A DNA stretch of 64,000 bases. Source: Octopus vulgaris (taxonomy: Eukaryota). Made by a program: the position numbers and the translations under genes. Below the pieces are notes generated by a model. The model was given only the letters and a program-made list of their open reading frames with translations. It was not told the DNA's origin and ran no database searches. Where the stretch lies: assembly GCA_951406725.2 (NCBI GenBank), contig OX597822.1, positions 56,792,001 through 56,856,000 of the forward strand, read 5' to 3'. Each line of letters begins with the position of its first letter. Within the stretch, counting starts at the first letter, position 1. Of this stretch, positions 40,059 through 53,600 are shown piece after piece.

Positions 40059-40141
40059 TTTTCGATATATGTTTCGAAGGCTGCATATTCCTAATTGCGA
40101 AGGAATGAGAAGTACATTATGCCGCTTTCTCATCAGGAAAA
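40059..40141 (-). ncRNA. Type I hammerhead ribozyme (left arm)
   Basis: Reverse complement of 40272-40354 with helix III catatat and an AUC site. Confidence 0.78.
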
Positions 40142-40271
40142 GCAAGGAACTTATGTCAACATCAAAATGCACAAAAAACTTTTAGATGATTGCTCACACA
40201 GAGTCCATTATCGCTATGGGCAATCATCTAAAAGTTTTTTGTGCATTTTGATGTTGACATAAGTTCCTTGC

Positions 40272-40354
40272 TTTTCCTGATGAGAAAGCGGCATAATGTA
40301 CTCCTCATTCCTTCGCAATTAGGAATATGCAGCCTTCGAAACATATGTCGAAAA
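40272..40354 (+). ncRNA. Type I hammerhead ribozyme (right arm)
   Basis: ttttc-CTGATGA-gaaagcggcat...atgcagccttc-GAAA-catatgt-C-gaaaa; canonical core, 5-bp helix I, 9 of 11 helix II pairs, GUC site. Confidence 0.88.
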
Positions 40355-40411
40355 TAAAGGAATTTTGTTTATTCGTTGTTCAACTCCATTCTTTCATATA
40401 TTTATATTTTT

Positions 40412-40497
<86 letters not shown>

Positions 40498-40790
40498 TGT
40501 ATGTATGTATGTATCTATGTATGTACATATATATGCATATATATGATAGATAGATAAATCTATATATCTATATATATATGTGTGTGTTTGTGTTTTTGTA
40601 TGTCTGTATATTTTCTATGATTTCTAAAGTAGTGACAACATTTAGCGTCTACTTTAAGTATATTGCAAGAAATTTTTTCTTTGCCCTCACTTATAATAGT
40701 TATACGATTTCATCTTAATCGGTCTATTTTTCATATGCTGCCCCTGTTAAAATATCATTTTTAAATTTTATCCTTTATTATCACAATTGC

Positions 40791-40846
<56 letters not shown>

Positions 40847-40892
40847 ATGTGTATGTATGTGTTTATATATATACGTGTATACATACAAGTAC

Positions 40893-40923
<31 letters not shown>

Positions 40924-41402
40924 TGTACATATGTACTTATATATATATATATATATACACATATATATACATAAATACATATATATATGTAAATATCTAC
41001 ATATACATATATGTATATATATGTATGTATATGTATATATATATATATATATACGTATATATATACAAGTATATATATGAGAAAATTAGGAGAGGGCTTA
41101 GAAGGAGAAACCTGTGGAAAGTGAGAGAGTGTTGCTTTTTGTGTGTGTGGTTTGCAGGAGGAGGTGTTTGAGTCGTGCAGCCCTGGTGAGCCAACAAAAA
41201 TCTCAAAGAAATTGACCCATGATACACAGTGATGTGTTTATTAAAATTCATAACAGAACATGTGTAAAATATGGAAGGGCGTGCCTCCCAGATGGAGGTC
41301 TGAAAAGACATGTTAAGAGAGTGCATATGGAGGCACCAGTTTTTCTTGCCAGCCTGCACAGTTTAGCTAGGCTTAAAAGTCATATAATTGCACATATATG
41401 TA

Positions 41403-41970
41403 CACTACCGTCAGAAATTAATTAGCACCCTTGATTTGCTCACCATGAAGCATGGTGGGGGTGGTCTGATGGTGTGAGGGGCGTTCAGCTACAGTGGTGT
41501 TGGGCGGCTCTATGCCGTCGAAGGCAACATCAACGCAGCAAAGTACGTTGAGATAGTACGGGATACCTCTTTGGTGGCGAGGAGTACGTGCTGGCCAGTC
41601 ACCTGACCTGAACCCTATTGAGAACCTCTGGAGTCGATTGGGTAGGGATTTGAATGTGCAGCAATACAGGAACCAACACGAGCTGTTTGGAGCAGCTTCT
41701 TGCTGCATGAGGGGCCATCCCTGCACAGTACCTGCAGGCACTCATAGACAGCATGCCGACCCGCGTAGCAGCTGTCATTGCTGCCAAAGGAGGAGCAACA
41801 AGATATTGACTAAATTTCACGATTAATAACAATTATGTGGTGTGCTGGGATATGTTTTAATAAATTTTTGATTAAAAACGAGTTCGTTTCTGATAATAAG
41901 TTAATTAAATTAAGAAACTGTAAGAAAATGTAGAAATTTGAGAAGTGCTAATTAATTTCCGACGCAAGTG
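41403..41970 (+). mobile_element. Internally deleted Tc1 element
   Basis: TA|cactaccgtcagaaattaattagcac...gtgctaattaatttccgacgcaagtg|TA; MKHGGGGLMV*G and SPDLNPIENLW remnants. Confidence 0.85.
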
Positions 41971-42038
41971 TATGTATGTATATATATATATATGATTGAT
42001 TGATTGATTCCAGTTCCAGCCTATGAGCTGTGGCCATG

Positions 42039-42084
<46 letters not shown>

Positions 42085-42171
42085 GTGTGTGTGTGTGTGT
42101 ATGTCTGTGTATATGTGTGTATGTATATATATGTATATATATATACACACATACATGTGTGTGTGTATGTC

Positions 42172-42202
<31 letters not shown>

Positions 42203-42244
42203 GTATATATATACGTACATAAACATATATCTATGTAGCTATAT

Positions 42245-42303
<59 letters not shown>

Positions 42304-42610
42304 TATATGATATATATTTGTGTTTCCCTCTATTATAGGATAAAGTTTTTTCAAAAATTTCATCAAGGGCCAACATATTAAAATACCTTTTAAGGTGAAC
42401 ATTACAAACAATTATAAATAAGGGCAAAAGAAATCATTTCTATGCCAATATGCTGATAAATACAATATACATCACTATAAATACACATCGTATTGACTTG
42501 AGGAAAGCAAGCTAACATAATTTTTTTAAAAATTCATTTTCTCTGTATTGAACAATTTCGGGATTAATCCAACGGGTGTTTGTAAGTATTTCATTTATTA
42601 CTCATCATAT

Positions 42611-42669
42611 TCTCTGCTGATGAGTGGGAAAATCCGTTGGATCAATCCCCAAATCGTTCGATACGGAGA
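42611..42669 (+). ncRNA. Type I hammerhead, tandem copy 1 (G12 changed to C)
   Basis: tctctg-CTGATGA-gtggga..atcc(gtt)ggat..tccc-CAAA-tcgttcgat-A-cggaga. Confidence 0.7.
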
Positions 42670-43070
42670 TAATGAATGCTTTTAAAAATTCTGTTAGCTT
42701 GCTTTCTTTGAGTGATGTATATTTTATGTGGTGATAGACGATTTAAAGTCTATTTCTCAGCATATTGGCATAGAATTTCTTTCTTTTACCGTTCTTTTTA
42801 ATTATTTATAGTTTTCACCTTAAAAGGTATTTTAATATGCTGACCACTTGATTAAATCTTTTTATCCTATATTAGAAGTAAATTTATTACCATTCACTTC
42901 GGGACTGGTGACCACTCTAACTTGTGGCTCCTGACCGATTACACGTGTGTTGAGGCTTTCTACGGAATTTATATTTAGATATACTTGGGGTGCTTATGTG
43001 TACTCATGAATTTTGCTTCTGCTTTTTTTCCATGGGTGCTTGTAAGTATTTCATTTATTTATTATCATAT

Positions 43071-43128
43071 TCTCTGCTGATGAGTGGAAAATCCGTTGGA
43101 TTAATCCCGAAATCGTTCAATACAGGGA
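43071..43128 (+). ncRNA. Type I hammerhead, tandem copy 2
   Basis: tctctg-CTGATGA-gtgga.aatcc(gtt)ggatt.atccc-GAAA-tcgttcaat-A-caggga; canonical core, 6-bp helix I. Confidence 0.82.
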
Positions 43129-43370
43129 TAATGAATTTAAAAAAAATTCTATTAGCTTGCTTTCCTCGAGTCAACACGATGTGTATTTATAGTGATCTAT
43201 ATTGTATGTGGTGATTGACGATTTAAAGTCTATTTCTCTATATATTCACACACGAGTTTTTTCTGTTGCTCTTATTTATAACTATATATTTGTTTGTGCA
43301 TATATATATATATGTGTGTGTGTATATATATATATGTGTATATATATATATATATACATATGCCTATATG

Positions 43371-43457
<87 letters not shown>

Positions 43458-43719
43458 GGCATATGTATATATACGTATATATATATATATATATACATGT
43501 ATAAATATATATACATGTATATATATGTATATATATATACATATATATACATATGCATATATATATATACATATATATGTATATATACATATATATATAT
43601 ATACATATATATGTATGTATACTTATATATATATATAATTATATGTATATATATATATAGATATATATGTATGTATACATACATATGTATATATACATAT
43701 ATATATTTATATATGTAAG

Positions 43720-43754
<35 letters not shown>

Positions 43755-45844
43755 ATTATACTATGTTATATTACATTATATTATGTTATTCATATTATTC
43801 TGTATATGGATATATGTTGTAATATTCTATATATATATATAGATTTATACACATTCAGAATATGTGTTTGTGCGCGCACACAAAGGGAGTGAGAACGAGT
43901 GAATTAGAGATGTTTGTATGCATTGGTGTATATTTACACTTGAGTGTATGTATTTGTTGATGACTATATGATTAAAGCTTAATGCATTGTTTCGTGGAGG
44001 TATTCAAATACATACTTGAGAAGTTACTTGATAAGAAACAGCATATTAATGAGTGATAATACCATTACTGACAGCAATATAAGTTTGTGTTCTCCCTGTG
44101 ACATAGAAATGGTGTGTTTGATGCTGTGACATTTTTACTTCCTTTCCACTTCGGTTTCCTAACCACTTCTTTAATTTGTTAGTTTGAAGAGACAGCAAGT
44201 TTTCTCTGGTACATTCCTGTGTATGTATATAAGTACACATTGTTGTTGTTGGCAGCCTTTTGTCTCTGGAGACAATGGAGTTGCACATAAAATAATCCAG
44301 TTTGGTTTTTACATTTCATGTCATTTACATCTCCTGCTGTGGTTGTGTAGTCGTATCCTCGAGAAACACTCCCTCTGGCAGGTGACGCAGATGTAGCGAA
44401 GACTTTTGCCTGGCTGGTGGTAATGTGATAGTTTCTTGTAGTATTTTTTCATCTTTCCATTTATTCCTTTCTCCCTATGTCACTCCTTTGTATATCAATA
44501 TATTTGGATATTTTAGAATGAGTTAAGCTAATTTCAAATCGCTTATAAAATTTCATAATTACCGAGATAACTGTCTTACACTATTCATACATAGTACCGG
44601 GAAAATAATTTCAGTATGGGAAGAAATCTAAAAAATCGCTACAGTCAATATTGTAATTAAAAAGGATATCAATATTTGGAGTTAAAGGGATGTTTCTTAT
44701 AACAAAGTTCGCGAATAAAGGGAAAATAATGAATAAAATTTCTTCAAAAGCATGGTTGTATGATGAAGGAGCTATCCTAACACTCACGTGGTCTTATATT
44801 CGATCCCCCTACACAGCATCTTGGATAAATGTCCTCTACCAGAGTCTTGTGTCCGCAAAACTTTTGAGTAAAATACAGGGAACTAAAACTGTGCAGAAAC
44901 AGCCTAGTTGACAGTACCTATTTTGAGGTGGTATGCTTAATCCATTGTCCGGTTTAACGCGATCAACTGATCCCTAGTGACATTTAGGAGAGTCTATTCT
45001 GATTAAATTATTTGAGTCGTGACTCAGATCTCAGTCATAATTTTCAGATTTTTAAGTTAGAACGCTGAAAGGAAATCCCTTAATTGTTGATACCTGTTAT
45101 TTCGATCGATACGATAGAAATAATGAAACTTTTCTGGATCATTTTGAGCCAGAAAACACTAGCAAGTAAGGCAATATACTCAATCGACAATGCCATTCTC
45201 TTTTAAATGTGTTGTTTTGCGCTATAACATTGTAGTGAGACACATGCTTAGTTTTGAAACATTGCGCTTAATACATTCTTATAAAATATTAGCTCAAGGC
45301 CACAGTCTACCATACTGTTATAAGAGGTAAGGTTTAGTTTGAAAGAATCAATTATGTCGCCATAAAAAACATTGTCGGGAACGCGAAGATGGCTCAACCC
45401 ATCATATCGGCTGGACTGTAACTAAGAAAGCCGGAATTTCCCGCCAAATAATTTGGTAGGACTTTCTAGAAACTCCTTTAGGATTATTAAAAGCCAGTGT
45501 ATTGAATTCCAGATAGAACAATCCAGAAGTCAACACGGAGCCTTGTTGCTCTACCTTTGACGTGGTCCCTCACTCTCTTCTACGTTTCCTTTCAAAACGA
45601 CCTCCAGCGTAACACGGAACTATGTAACTCAGATTCATGATAGTTGCTACCATATTTTCTACTTGTTCTGCTTGGAACGACCTGATGTACCACTGAAAGC
45701 CATGGCTGTTTTGTGATAAGGCGTACACAGTTTTTCTACTTAATTTATTCTCAATGAGTATGAACTTATTACTGTTTTCGTATTTAGCATATTACGCGGC
45801 GATATATTTTGAATGCTAATGCAGGTATTCAACTGCTATATGTA

Positions 45845-46035
45845 TACTCTTTTACTCTATTACTTGTTTCAGTCATTTGACTGCGGCCATGCTGGAGCAC
45901 CGCCTTTAGTCGAGCAGATCGACCCCGGGACTTATTCTTTGTAAGCCCAGTACTTATTCTATCGGTCTCTTTTGCCGAACCGCTAAGGGGACGTAAGCAC
46001 AGCAGCATCGGTTGTCAAGCAACACAGACACACAA

Positions 46036-46118
<83 letters not shown>

Positions 46119-46394
46119 GATAAATCTCAGAGCTAGTTATAAACAGTAGCGGTAACACATCGTGACGCATATTTGCCATTTGAATATGGCTAACCCCTAA
46201 GGGTGGATGCTACTGTAGTTTGTAGCCCTAGGAAGATATCTCCTCCAGATGGCTATAGACACACTACCTGTGTGTTTGAGAGGACACAGGTAGTATGTCT
46301 ATAGCCAGCTGGAGGAGATATCTTCCTGGGGCTACAAACTACAGTAGCACCCACCCTTAGGGGTTAGCCATATTCAAATGGCAAATATGCGTCA

Positions 46395-46447
<53 letters not shown>

Positions 46448-46624
46448 TACATACATATATACGACGGGCTTCTTTCAGTTTCCGTCTACCAAATCCACTC
46501 ACAAGGCATTGGTCGGCCCGGGGCTATAGCAGAAGACACTTGCCCAAGATGCCACGCAGTGGGACTGAACCCGGAACCATGTGGTTGGTTAGCAAGCTAT
46601 TTACCACACAGCCACTCCTGCGCC
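45845..46624 (-). mobile_element. Full-length SINE family A, with a foldback element inserted in its internal (TA)n
   Basis: Head ggcgcaggagtggctgtgtggtaa...ggttccgggttcagtccc at 46624 down; tail ggcggtgctccagcatggccgcagtcaaatgactgaaac(aagta..agag)n. Confidence 0.92.
46116..46398. mobile_element. Foldback element: about 115-bp inverted arms (46159-46273 and 46284-46398) plus a 43-nt one-sided extension
   Basis: Near-perfect inverted repeat embedded in (TA)n. Confidence 0.9.
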
Positions 46625-46683
46625 TAGTATATGTAAATGCAACTGTTTCACGTTATTAAAAATGTATGAGAATACATCATCAG

Positions 46684-46786
<103 letters not shown>

Positions 46787-47447
46787 TACGCAGCCCACCA
46801 AATGTGATCATTCATCAATACATGTTTAACAGCCCCAATACCACATTAAAATGTGAAATCGATAATTAAGTGTTCCTACAAAATATCTTTAGTCACAATT
46901 CTTTGTGGTACACACTATTTCCTTTTAACCCTATCCAAATGTTGTTTACCAGAAAAGACTTCGACCACAACACTTATTACAGGAAACACTCTCCTTCTCC
47001 CCTTTATAAATTTGATTCCGCATCAAAAATGAATAAATGCAAAGAACAAAAAGAAAATGTCGAGATTCTAGACAGAGTAGGTAAACAATGGTCTGTTTCG
47101 AAGTTGAAAAAAAAAAGGGAATTTGCAAGTAATAAAAGCAGACGCGGAGACACAGTAGATCTAATGTATTACTCGATGTGCAAACGAAAATCGAACAGAT
47201 GGATGAAAATATGAAGTTAAATATTTTATAAAGAGGTTTTGAAAATAGTATATTCACTTAGATCAGACAAAATAAATCTCAAAATTTCAATATACATCAC
47301 ACACATACATATATGCACTCGTGTAAGTTATAATTTTCAGATATAGAAATGATACATTTTTTTAGTTGTTCATGTTAGCGTTTTTTAAAATTTGGCATAA
47401 ATTAATTGAAGTAATAGGTACAATAGGAAAGGGAATGAGAGAAATAT

Positions 47448-48569
47448 TTATCTTTTTCTTCTACAACTAAAAGAGTCTCTGAAACTCCTTCGGAAGTTTT
47501 CGGAAAGCAAAGCGTAAAGGAGCGGGTTTAAGCCGCTGTTAGCGTAGTACAGCAAGTAACAAATTGGAGAAAGAAGACTGCCCAGTGAAGTCGTGTCAAT
47601 CCACAAGTAGAGACAGGATCGAATATGATATGGTAAAGCCAGAACTGCAAATGAACAAATGATCATAATTAAAAGTATGATGACTTTTTTACGAGCTTCA
47701 ATAACTTTGTGTGTACTGATTCTTGGATAGTGGATTTGAACGTCTCTTTCTGAATACGGAGAATCACACTGACTTGTGTTAGAATTCGTAGAAGATGATT
47801 TCTTAAATGAAAAATGTTGACTATGGTCTCTATTTTTGTGAACAGTCGTCTTGCTTTGTTTCGCTCTTTCAGTGAAACTTTGTGGTGTTTTGGTGTAAAT
47901 TATATTTCTTTCATTTTCGATTTGTGATTCATAATCAGATATGGATTCTTGCTCCGTCTGAGCTTCTGACATAGGTAAACTGCTTTGACAAAAGCTGTGA
48001 TGTTTCATCATATCCTTTACGTTACGATGTAACTGTATCACTTCTGCGTCCATTTCTTTTATCGAATTCTCCTTCAGCACCAACGTAGTTGTTGTAGAAG
48101 TGTAGTGTATCATATTGCCCGGCTCACTCGTGCTAATATTCGTGTTGTATTTAATACTGCTACCCGATTTTGTGTTCAATGCTACGTTCAGGCTGCTGTT
48201 GCTGCTACGCCAAAGTGCTGCTGCTATTTTTATATACATAAATGTTAGCACTACCAGCGGAATGACATACCAAATAATCAGATTAGCTAATACATACACG
48301 TTGGTTTGAATTCTTTCTGATCTCATGTAGCAATACGTGTAGCTACCTATTGTGAAGGTGTCATAATCAATCAGCTGAGGAGAGTTGTAAGCCACCATCA
48401 ACAACCAAATTAGTATTTGAACAATACGAAATCGTCTAAAGGTGAACAGCTGCTTGGCTTTCAGAGGATGCAAGATGGCCACGTAACGTTCCATTGAAAT
48501 AACGGTCAACAGTAAAACGGGTACGGTGAGACTCATATAATGGGCGAAGTAATAGATTTTGCACATCAC
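47448..48569 (-). CDS. Class A neuropeptide GPCR, trissin-receptor-like; last coding exon (TM3-TM7)
   Basis: Acceptor tttcttttgcag|GTGATGTGC; VMCKIYYF...ISMERYVAILHPL, YVIPL, ARKKVI...LPYH, YANSGLNPLLYALLSENFR; TAA stop; open over 373 codons. Confidence 0.93.
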   Translation of the reverse strand: MMCKIYYFAHYMSLTVPVLLLTVISMERYVAILHPLKAKQLFTFRRFRIVQILIWLLMVAYNSPQLIDYDTFTIGSYTYCYMRSERIQTNVYVLANLIIWYVIPLVVLTFMYIKIAAALWRSSNSSLNVALNTKSGSSIKYNTNISTSEPGNMIHYTSTTTTLVLKENSIKEMDAEVIQLHRNVKDMMKHHSFCQSSLPMSEAQTEQESISDYESQIENERNIIYTKTPQSFTERAKQSKTTVHKNRDHSQHFSFKKSSSTNSNTSQCDSPYSERDVQIHYPRISTHKVIEARKKVIILLIMIICSFAVLALPYHIRSCLYLWIDTTSLGSLLSPICYLLYYANSGLNPLLYALLSENFRRSFRDSFSCRRKR

Positions 48570-48617
48570 CTGCAAAAGAAAATAAGCACAGAGTAATGAT
48601 AATAACGATGATCATGT

Positions 48618-48723
48618 TGAAGAAGAAGAAGAAGAAGGGAAGGAGGAGGAGAAGGAGGGGAGAAGGAGGAGAAGAAGAAGAAGAAGAAGAAGAAGAAGAA
48701 GAAGAAGAAGAAGAAGAAGAAGA
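48618..48723. repeat. (GAA)n/(GGA)n microsatellite in the GPCR intron near the acceptor
   Basis: Direct reading. Confidence 0.95.
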
Positions 48724-49509
48724 GTTGTAGTAGCATCAACTTACACAGTCACACATTCACACACACACATTGCATTCGATAAATCATGTAACAGTAATGT
48801 CGCTGGGTAGATGTTTCCAACGAACCAGTTATTATTTCACTTGATTTCTGACAAGAAATATGACGTGAACTCAGATTAGTTGAAAGAAGAAATATTTACT
48901 TCATAATCAGTGTGACACAATTATACATAAGTAGGTTACCAGTGACTCTACTTAGCTTCTTTTTATTTCATATTCATCGGCAGAAATAAGAGCGGCAGAA
49001 ATAAGAAAAAGAATTGGGAAAGTTGAAGGGAAAATAAGAAAAATAAAGAAATATAACACATGTGAAAGAGCCCTTCATAGTGTTGCAGTTTCAGAATTTA
49101 GTATGTGGTTTAGAGGTTGGGTATTCCAATTGACTATTACGTATGCAGGGACATCTTTTGAAGATTTCATTCGTAGAGTTGAGACAATACTATTAGGATG
49201 TTTAAAACCTTATAGAATCTGTATATCTCAAATTGTATTTCTTGATTCCATTATATGAGACTAATATTTTCAATAAGTCAGCACTTTATGTCATACTCTA
49301 TATTTCTACCCTTCAAAAACAATATATGGTCCTCCTGACTAAAGGGTTAAAAAAATATAGTTTTACATGACTTAATGTCGCAGATGGAAAAGAATCTAAC
49401 ACAGTGATTTACAGATTTACCGCACGTAGACCATATATAACTACTCCAAACTCCTTTCTAATTTAGGCCTGAAATTTTCCACAATAGGAGTAGTGGTGGG
49501 GTGATGTTC

Positions 49510-49672
49510 TATTACAATGACCCCAGTGTTTGACACTTACTTAACTTATAGACCCCGAATGGATTTAAGGTAAAGTTGACATCAGCGGAATTTAAACTTA
49601 GAACATAAAGACGTACGATAATATTGCTAAGCATTTTGTCCGGCGTGCTAATGACTCTGCCAGCTCGCCGCC
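49510..49672 (-). mobile_element. SINE family B, diverged
   Basis: ggcggcgagctggcagagtcattagcacgccggac...ttaaattccgc. Confidence 0.75.
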
Positions 49673-50232
49673 TTTTCTTCTCTATAAGGAAACGAACTTT
49701 GTCTAATTTTTTTCATAAACTTTATCTTCTCACACGAGATTTCAACAAATGGCTGTCTTCACTACTTAGTTTCGTATTCAACTTGGTCTTAAGAATGTAA
49801 AAAAGCCATAGACTGAGCGTAGCGTCTAATTTTTACACGAAACCTTGGCAAACTACATATAAATAACGGTTATACACGTTATAATGCATAGAAATAAAGG
49901 AAAAATAAGTTGAAAATGCACTGGGAATAGTCAAAATATTTTTATTATTATATCTAAAGCTTTAATAAGATAGCTGCGACATAAGCCACGTCTTTCTATT
50001 TCAATTATTTTGAAAATCAGTGTAAACTGTAAAACCGGTTAAATCTATAAATATGATAATAAAAATATTTTAAGTATTCTCTGTGCATTTTCAACTTCTA
50101 TTTTTCCTACACACACACACACACAAACATATATATATGTATATATATATATATGTATGTGTATATATATGTGTGTGTGTGTATATATATATGTATATAT
50201 ACAGAGGTGTATATATGTGTGTGTGTGTGTAA

Positions 50233-50283
<51 letters not shown>

Positions 50284-50394
50284 AGGAAAAATTATAAAAA
50301 GGCAGAATGCTAAATTGAAGGTGAATTTTAATGAAAATGGGTGTATGGAAAACTTTAAAATTTGTTTTTAAATATATATATTAATTCCATTGCA

Positions 50395-50535
50395 GCGTTA
50401 CTCATTTTTGCCTGCTGAGTGGACTGGAGCAACGTGAAATGAAGTGTTTTGCTCAAGAACACAACGCGTCGCCCGGTCCAGGAATCGAAACCACAATCTT
50501 ACAATCATGGTGCTGACACCCTAACAACTAAGCCA
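50395..50535 (-). mobile_element. tRNA-derived CORE-like SINE fragment (family C)
   Basis: gttagggtg...ggtttcgattcctggaccggg...tgtgttcttgagcaaaacacttcatttcacgttgctccagtccactcagc. Confidence 0.75.
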
Positions 50536-50823
50536 TATGTTAGTCGCAATATGTGGATTCAACTAATCCCGTAGTATTCATAAAAGAAGCTCCTTAATGT
50601 ATCATTCTACAAAACATTAAACATAGAATATAAATATATAGTATGATACAAGACTATTTACATGTTTTAAACTTACGAAGCAATGTATAGTGACACTTGA
50701 AATTTGTTATTGCTAAATAAACTTTTATCAAACTATTTCACTGCCATTTATGACTATACACACATGCATATATATATCTATATGTATATATACATATAGC
50801 TACACACACACACACACACACAT

Positions 50824-50888
<65 letters not shown>

Positions 50889-51065
50889 AATTTAATTTTG
50901 TTTTTTGTCTTGGTCTTTTTGTTTTTTTTTTTTTTTTTTTGTTGTTTTTTGTTGTGTTGTGTGGTTTTGTTTTTTATTTTTATTTTTTATTTTTTTTTTT
51001 TTTATTTTTTTTTTTTCTTAATTTTTTATATATTTTATATTTGGATTTAATTATTTTTTTTTTAT

Positions 51066-51156
<91 letters not shown>

Positions 51157-52011
51157 TATTTATTATTTGTTTCTATTTATTTTATTTGTTATATATGTTT
51201 TTGTTGTTTTTTGTTTTTTTATTTTTTTTTTTTATTTTTTTTGTTTTTTTTGTTGTGTTTTGTGTTGTGTGGTGTGGTGTTTTTTTTGTTTTTTTTTTTT
51301 TTTTTTTGTTTTTTTTTTTTTTTTATTGTTTTTTATATATTTTTTAGTATGTATGTTTTGTGTTTGTTTATTTTGTTTGTATGTATGTGTGTTGTATTTG
51401 TGTGTTTTTTTGTGTGTTGTGTTTTTTTTTTTTTTTTTGTGTTATTATATATTTTTTTTCTTTTTTCTATTGTGTGTGTGTGGTGTGGTGTTCTTTCTTT
51501 TTTCATAATATAATATAATAATATTAATTTGAAAAACATATTTTAAATGTAAACTGTCAAATTACATTTTTAATTAATGTAAAAAGCATCTTTAACTCTG
51601 AGTTTTTGTCTTCTCCCCATACAGAAATCTGCGGGTCAATTATTTGGTTTTCAATTCTCATATTTGGAAATCTGATTGTGAGGATCAACATCAAGATGCG
51701 TGTATCTATTTATAACACTTTCTGTACGCATAAACATGGAAATGACATTCACTGAGACGAAAAAGTACTTAGAGACTTTTTATAAACATGTGTATTTAAA
51801 TCAATGCTTTGTTTATAAATTTTTGTAAGAAGAACAAAAATTCGTATCCAGCTTCAAAGAAAGAACTCAGTGTCTGAATATTATTTATCTGTTTTATTAT
51901 ATTATGTATTTGTTATAAAAGGAAATATGCTCTGACAAAATATCTAACAGCAAAGTTTCCATGAGCAGGAAATTACAGCGAGCTCTTTTATTGTTCACAT
52001 GTGTGTGTGTC

Positions 52012-52063
<52 letters not shown>

Positions 52064-52271
52064 CAGAAATGCTAACTGAATATGACTTCGAAGTTTCATC
52101 ATTTTTGTACATCTCAAGCACCTAAATGTTAAATAGTTCAGACATTTCAGTTAGGGAACCGTTAACAACAAGTTGACAATGCTCCTTACTTCCTCTCTGT
52201 TCCTGTCAAGACTTTTTAAAAACAACTCTTCTGCAAGACCTGTAACCTCGGTTCAATTCCGATTTTAATAA

Positions 52272-52350
<79 letters not shown>

Positions 52351-52352
<2 letters not shown>

Positions 52353-52798
52353 GAGTGAGAGAGCAGTGCATGCCATCAAAGTGACACTGGGGTAAATATA
52401 AGTATACCCATCATGACTACCCATCTGATAAGGTACACTAGGCACATGCATCACAACCATATGTGCGTCACATGGTGATCTCATACCAATATAGCGCATG
52501 ATTGCAGGTGGGGCCCAGTTAGAATTTTCTTTTCTTAACCCATCCTGCTCAAAAGGTCCCTGAATAAGTTAAGGATGTTGAACGAAACACCCATATTTTC
52601 TCCAAGATGCATACATGGCTATGATGCTAATGCTCGTGATCAGAGATGCACATATCGTCAGCCAGCAGAATATTTAACAACTTAATAAGAAAATCTGTGA
52701 TATTGATAAGACATCTATACCATGAATGTACATGATAAGACTTCCAGTCAGTTAAGATCAGAAGCCATGAGAACCACTGCCTGGTACTGCATCAGGGC

Positions 52799-52866
<68 letters not shown>

Positions 52867-53200
52867 GATTTGCTTTTTGCTTTATATTTGTACAAGTTGG
52901 CTCAAGTCTCACCAGAGACCTCAAGAGACAGTAAGTTCATGGTTGTTATGCCTGTATAACATTTGTGTGCTAAAAATGAAAAAGAAAAGTTTGTTTTGTA
53001 TTATGTTTTTTAAACATAGAAATATTTTGTTTTAAATTGTAAATTACATAGAAAGTATTTGAGAACAGTTCTGAGATAGAAATCAGCCATTTGGTTCCTG
53101 GTATCTGAGTTGTCAGTTTTGTTCCTTGTAACACAAAGTCTCTAGGTAGTTTTGCTCAGATATATCTGAGGCATCTTTATATGAGCAGTTGTAGGAGGCT
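52351..53200 (-). repeat. Degraded copy of the 53601-54600 region (TAA-associated element plus LINE 3' end)
   Basis: Collinear but indel-rich match, including the flanking 52000-52270 versus 53210-53495. Confidence 0.75.
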
Positions 53201-53521
53201 TCGTGTACTTACTGTGTTGTGTGTGTGTGTGTGTTGTGTGTGTGGTAAACAGAAATGCTAACTGAATATGACTTCGAAGTTTCATCATTTTTGTACAGTC
53301 TCAGCACCTAAATATTCAAATAGTTCAGACATTTCAGTTGAACCGTTAACATAAGTTGACAATGCTCCCTTACTGCTGTCCTCTCCTGTTCCTTACAAAG
53401 TCAAGACTTTCCTTACAGAATACCTTGCTGTAATATAGGTGTTCATCTCTATCTTGCAGACACTGTAACCTCGGACTTCAATTCCATTTTAATAAACAAT
53501 CCTCGAAACTGTCCGTATCGC

Positions 53522-53581
<60 letters not shown>

Positions 53582-53600
53582 CTATCATTATTATTATTAT

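Larger units (their letters stand above)
39860..40417. mobile_element. Inverted pLTR pair (arms about 39996-40196 and 40217-40417), each arm carrying a hammerhead
   Basis: About 200-bp near-perfect inverted repeat with 20-nt spacer; left arm has an unpaired extension; (TA)n on both sides. Confidence 0.88.
42330..43240 (+). mobile_element. Non-coding hammerhead repeat: inverted copy (42330-42575) plus tandem with about 460-nt period
   Basis: 42575-42760 recurs at 43034-43238; 42330-42575 is the reverse complement of about 42635-42875; (TA)n flanks. Confidence 0.8.

Noticed and set aside
45855-45905. SINE tail hairpin agtc(aaat)gact-GAAA-caagt-a resembling a hammerhead 3' half
   Set aside because: No CUGANGA-like core upstream; better explained as a LINE-derived 3' recognition stem-loop
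50939-51513. 189-aa Phe-rich ORF resembling a membrane protein
   Set aside because: Low-complexity T-rich garbled sequence, probably a sequencing artifact
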